From: Mycobacterium tuberculosis H37Rv
Lineage (GTDB): Bacteria > Actinomycetota > Actinomycetes > Mycobacteriales > Mycobacteriaceae
Length of the DNA stretch: 32,000 nucleotides
Direction of reading: 5' to 3'
Assembly: GCF_000195955.2 (NCBI RefSeq)
Contig: NC_000962.3
Span: 3,150,001-3,182,000, forward strand
The notes under the pieces were generated by a model that was given only the letters and a program-made list of their open reading frames with translations, made no database searches and was not told the origin of the DNA. Of this stretch, positions 28,122-32,000 are shown piece by piece (the stretch's first letter is position 1; each line of letters starts with the position of its first letter). The translations under genes and the position numbers were made by a program.

Positions 28122-28457
28122 CCATGACTGAGATCGGTCGGCCGGGCGGCTCCGAAAAGACCTGAACAGAACCTCAGGATTCCTATGCTCCCAATGTGGC
28201 GGCAATCACGAAGAAGCTAATCCTCGGCCAGATCCGGGAAGTGGCTGAGGCGAACGACGGCCGACCGCCCGGCTGTGAGCGCTTTGCCGCCGAGACCGGA
28301 ATTCCAGCAAGCGCGTGGCGTGGACGGTATTGCTAACCCATTCTTTCAAGACCGACGATCCTGTTGGCATCGAGAGGTACTGGCAGCGCCGACACTTGCC
28401 AGACCGCATCGCCGTGCACAGGACGTCGTCAGCGCTGATATGCCCGCAGCTCGGCGC

Positions 28458-29312
28458 TCAGTCCAGCAACACCGTCGCGAACGTGCCGATCTCCTTAAAG
28501 CCCACCCGGGCGTAGGCGGCACGGGCCACCGTGTTGAAGCTGTTCACATACAGGCTGGCGATGCGCCCGCTGCCGACGATCACTGCGGCCAACGTTGCGG
28601 TACCAGCCGTGCCCAGACCGATACCGCGCCACTCCGGATGAACCCAGACCCCCTGGATCTGCCCGACGGCCGGAGATTGCGATCCCACTTCGGCCTTGAA
28701 GATCACTTGACCGTGCTCGAATCGGGCCCACGCGCGTCCGGCCGCGATGAGGCCGGCCACCCGGCGACGATAGCCGCGACCACCGTCTCCGAGCCGAGGG
28801 TCGACGCCGACTTCGCCGATGAACATGTCGACGGCGGCCACCAGGTAGGAGTCCAGTTCCTCGGGCCGTACCTGGCGTACGCCGGTGTCGATAGCGCAGC
28901 TGGGGTGAGTAGCCAGGGCCATCAGCGGTTGGTTGTCGCGGACATCCCGCGCCGGACCCCACACCGGCTCGAGCCGCTGCCACATCGGCAACACCAGGTC
29001 GGCCCTGCCGACCAGTGACGAACACCGTCGCGGCGTGCTCATCGCCACGTCGGCGAACGCATTCAGGTCGATCGGTCCGCCGCGCAGCGGGATGAGGTTG
29101 GCACCGGCGAAACACAGGGATTCGTGCGCGCCGCGTCGGGTCCACAGCTCCCCGCCAATCGCATTGGGATCGATGCCATGGTCTGCGACCCGGGCGGCGA
29201 CCATGCACGATTCGATCGGGTCGTCGTCGAGTACCCGCCACACGGCGGCGGCGTCACGCACCACGGACACTTGCCGCTCGCCGACAAGCCGAGAGATGGG
29301 CGGAGCCGACAT
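28458..29312 (-). CDS. GNAT-family acetyltransferase with N-terminal accessory domain (Rv2867c-like)
   Basis: 284 aa with C-terminal GNAT motif A QGVWVHPEWRGIGLGTAGTATL. Confidence 0.85.
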   Translation of the reverse strand: MSAPPISRLVGERQVSVVRDAAAVWRVLDDDPIESCMVAARVADHGIDPNAIGGELWTRRGAHESLCFAGANLIPLRGGPIDLNAFADVAMSTPRRCSSLVGRADLVLPMWQRLEPVWGPARDVRDNQPLMALATHPSCAIDTGVRQVRPEELDSYLVAAVDMFIGEVGVDPRLGDGGRGYRRRVAGLIAAGRAWARFEHGQVIFKAEVGSQSPAVGQIQGVWVHPEWRGIGLGTAGTATLAAVIVGSGRIASLYVNSFNTVARAAYARVGFKEIGTFATVLLD

Positions 29313-29367
29313 CTGCGAACTCCCTTTGGTGGGAACTGACGGCCACTGAATGAAAAGCTGACCCCTA

Positions 29368-30531
29368 TCAGCTTACGGTCACAATAGGCGAACCGCTCGG
29401 TGTCGCGCCCGGATCTTGCTCGCCCATTTCGGCGGCCAGCCGCATCGCCTCCTCGATCAGCGTCTCGACGATCTGTGCTTCGGGCACGGTCTTGATCACT
29501 TCGCCCCGTACAAAGATCTGACCTTTGCCGTTGCCGGACGCCACGCCCAGGTCGGCCTCACGTGCTTCACCCGGACCATTGACGACACACCCCATCACGG
29601 CCACCCGCAACGGCACATCGAGACCATCCAGGCCGGCGGTTACCTCGTTGGCCAGGGTGTAGACGTCGACTTGCGCGCGACCGCACGACGGGCAAGACAC
29701 GATCTCGAGCGAACGCGGCCGCAGGTTCAACGACTCGAGAACCTGATTGCCCACCTTGACTTCCTCGACCGGCGGGGCCGACAACGACACCCGGATGGTG
29801 TCGCCTATGCCCCGCGACAGCAACGCGCCGAAGGCAACCGCGGACTTGATGGTGCCCTGGAAAGCAGGGCCGGCCTCGGTGACACCGAGGTGCAGTGGGT
29901 AGTCGCACCGTGCAGCAAGCAGCTCGTAGGCGGCGACCATCACCACCGGGTCGTTGTGCTTGACGCTGATCTTGATGTCACCGAAGCCATGCTCCTCGAA
30001 AAGCGAAGCCTCCCACAGCGCCGACTCAACCAGCGCCTCGGGCGTGGCTTTGCCATACTTCTCCATGAACCGTTTGTCCAGCGAACCGGCGTTGACACCG
30101 ATTCGGATCGGGATCCCGGCCGCACCCGCCGCCTTGGCGACCTCACCCACCCGGCCGTCAAACTCCTTGATGTTGCCCGGGTTGACCCGCACCGCGGCAC
30201 ATCCAGCGTCGATGGCGGCGAATATGTAGCGCGGCTGGAAATGTATGTCCGCGACTACCGGGATCTGGCTGTGCCGGGCGATCTCGGCCAGCGCGTCGGC
30301 GTCCTCCTGGCGCGGGCAGGCCACCCGCACGATGTCGCATCCGGCCGCGGTCAGCTCGGCGATTTGTTGCAATGTCGAGTTGACGTCGTGGGTTTTGGTG
30401 GTGCACATCGATTGCACCGAGACCGGATGGTCACTGCCCACGCCGACGTTGCCGACCATCAGCTGACGGGTGGCGCGCCGGGGAGCGAGCGTGGGTGCCG
30501 GGGGCTGCGGCATGCCCAAGCCTACAGTCAC
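29368..30531 (-). CDS. ispG: 4-hydroxy-3-methylbut-2-en-1-yl diphosphate synthase (MEP pathway)
   Basis: 387 aa with a TIM-barrel N-domain and [4Fe-4S] ligands in VSCPSCGR and [10 protein letters not shown]. Confidence 0.95.
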   Translation of the reverse strand: MTVGLGMPQPPAPTLAPRRATRQLMVGNVGVGSDHPVSVQSMCTTKTHDVNSTLQQIAELTAAGCDIVRVACPRQEDADALAEIARHSQIPVVADIHFQPRYIFAAIDAGCAAVRVNPGNIKEFDGRVGEVAKAAGAAGIPIRIGVNAGSLDKRFMEKYGKATPEALVESALWEASLFEEHGFGDIKISVKHNDPVVMVAAYELLAARCDYPLHLGVTEAGPAFQGTIKSAVAFGALLSRGIGDTIRVSLSAPPVEEVKVGNQVLESLNLRPRSLEIVSCPSCGRAQVDVYTLANEVTAGLDGLDVPLRVAVMGCVVNGPGEAREADLGVASGNGKGQIFVRGEVIKTVPEAQIVETLIEEAMRLAAEMGEQDPGATPSGSPIVTVS

Positions 30532-30547
30532 TGAAAATCCTTTCTAC

Positions 30548-31762
30548 CTACTGGAAAAGCCTAATCGGGTTGACCAGGTCGGCGGTGACGGTCAAGAGCA
30601 TGTACCCGACGACAAGAACCAAGACCACATAGGTCGCCGGCAAGAGTTTGAGGTAATTCACCGGTGCGGCCGCCACCTTGCCACGAGCCGACCGGACCAT
30701 GTTGCGGATCCTCTCGAACACCGCGACGGCAATATGGCCGCCATCGAACGGCAGCAACGGCAGCAGGTTGATCGCAGCCAGGATGAGGTTCAGCTGGGCC
30801 AAGAAGAACCAGAACGCCACCCACAGCCCATGGTCGACGGTGTCGCCGCCGATGATGCTGGCGCCCACCACACTTATCGGCGTCTGCGGGTCACGCTGCC
30901 CGCCGCCGATCGCCCGCACCAGCGCACCTACCTTGGTCGGGAGGGCGGCCAGCGCCTTGCCCACCTCCACGGTCAGGTCGCCGGTGACCGCGAATGTGGC
31001 CGGCATGGCGGAGAACACGCCGTAGCGCACAGGCCCGACCCGGGCGGCGCCCACCCCAATCGCACCGACCGTTGCCGGCTGGAGCTCACCGCCCTGCCCG
31101 TTAGGGATCCAGCGTTGGGTGGATTCGATGTCCACGTAGGTAACAATCGCGGTGCCGTCACGCTCGACAACGATCGGGACGCTGCCGTGTGACTTGCGCA
31201 CCGCGGCGGCCATCTCGTCGAAACTGGACACCGGGGTGTCACCGACCTTGACCACGACGTCACCGGAGCGAATTCCGGCCAGCGCCGCCGGACCGGGCCC
31301 GGTGCACTGCTCGAGCTTGCCCTGGCTCACTTCCTGTGCAACGCAGCCAGTTTCGCCGATTACGGCCCTGGTTGGCGGATGCAGGTTAGGCAGCCCCCAG
31401 ACCAGCGCGATGGCATAGATCAGCACCAGGCAGATAGCGAGGTTCATTCCGGGCCCGGCGAATAACACTGCGACCCGCTTCCAGGTGGCCTGCTTGTACA
31501 TCGCACGGTCACGTTCGTCGGGGTCGAGTTCCTCGACCGGGGTCATGCCGGCGATGTCACAGAAGCCGCCCAGCGGAACGGCTTTGACACCGTATTCGGT
31601 CTCGCCGCGCCGGGTCGACCACAACGTGGGGCCAAAGCCGACGAAATAGCGACGTACCTTCATCCCGGTGCGGCGCGCGACCCACATGTGACCACATTCG
31701 TGCAGGGCCACCGAAATCAGGATCGCGAGCGCGAACAGCACAATGCCGGTAACAAACATCAT
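30548..31762 (-). CDS. rip1: Site-2 (M50) intramembrane zinc metalloprotease with PDZ domain
   Basis: 404 aa with HECGHMW (HExxH), a central PDZ-like segment and [12 protein letters not shown]. Confidence 0.95.
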
Positions 31763-31769
31763 CGAGGTG

Positions 31770-32000
31770 TCAGGACCTTTCTAACGTCGATGCGTGTCGA
31801 CCCGCTGCGCCCGGCTTCGCCGTGCTTGCGATCGCCACCGAAGCCATACCAGATACCGCGCGCTGCGCTCGCTCGCGGGCCCAGCGCTGCGCGTCGAGTA
31901 CGTCATCCACGGTAGCGGGTTCGACGGCCCATTGGTCGGCAGCGTGCAACACGTCGGCGATGATGCCGACGATGGCCGGGAAGCCGATCCGGCCAGCAAG
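31770..32000 (-). CDS. dxr: 1-deoxy-D-xylulose 5-phosphate reductoisomerase, 3' end (gene continues beyond the window)
   Basis: The in-frame minus-strand reading from the window edge is [49 protein letters not shown]...STLERS, ending at the stop codon (31772-31770). It is recognised as the Dxr C-terminus. Confidence 0.9.
31796..31839. repeat. Single MIRU-like unit, inverted relative to the other copies, inside the dxr 3' coding end
   Basis: The plus strand reads cgacccgctgcgcccggcttcgccgtgcttgcgatcgcc (31798-31836). This is the reverse complement of the 21468 unit core, matching at 38 of 39 positions. Confidence 0.7.

Noticed and set aside
29416-30534. 372-aa plus-strand ORF covering almost exactly the ispG locus
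   Set aside because: It is the mirror frame of an unmistakable IspG coding sequence. Its R/H/D/G-rich low-complexity translation has no motifs, so it is an antisense artefact.
1-32000. Whole-window search for a novel defence or mobile system (clustered unknown ATPases, nucleases, retrons, integrases, toxin islands)
   Set aside because: Every long ORF with coding character belongs to a recognisable housekeeping, PE_PGRS or classical type II TA family. No integrase, transposase or att-like flanks were seen. Claiming a new system would not be supported by the sequence.

Overview
High-GC actinobacterial chromosome. From the protein sequences (EfpA, PE_PGRS, Mtr, NicT, GlnA4, VapBC, RelFG, Rip1, Dxr) I recognise the Mycobacterium tuberculosis complex region Rv2843-Rv2870c. 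By recollection this is about 3.150-3.182 Mb of H37Rv, which I cannot verify here. Gene order: Tat-lipoprotein/ferritin-like pair (+); then on the minus strand proS, efpA, cysG, cobB, cobO, a ChlI/ChlD-type chelatase, a GNAT and mqo; PE_PGRS48, an alpha/beta hydrolase, mtr and nicT (+) followed by a decayed hypB; a minus-strand operon glnA4 / PuuD-like amidotransferase / aldC / SDR; mapB; a DUF1707 protein; vapBC23 (+); a penicillin-binding lipoprotein (-); relFG (+); a GNAT; and ispG, rip1 and the 3' end of dxr (-). I found no rRNA, tRNA, CRISPR array, IS element or prophage. Most other ORFs in the six-frame track are antisense or out-of-frame artefacts of high GC content. I do not see evidence for a new multi-gene system; this is largely a well-known core region. 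The observations worth a second look are as follows. (1) Four copies or arrays of one ~54-bp MIRU-type element sit in four contexts: two intercistronic VNTR arrays with stop/start coupling geometry, one in-frame copy in the chelatase linker, and one inverted copy encoding the Dxr C-terminal tail. (2) A frameshifted, internally deleted hypB remnant follows nicT. (3) The glnA4 operon reads as a gamma-glutamylation catabolic pathway. (4) A 60-bp near-perfect palindrome lies between mapB and glnA4. (5) The vapB23 5' end appears split by a frame change. (6) Part of the PBP signal-peptide coding sequence is repeated 217 bp upstream. (7) A palindrome and a leaderless-type -10 element precede relF. 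(8) A 372-bp unannotated gap contains a small gene remnant.
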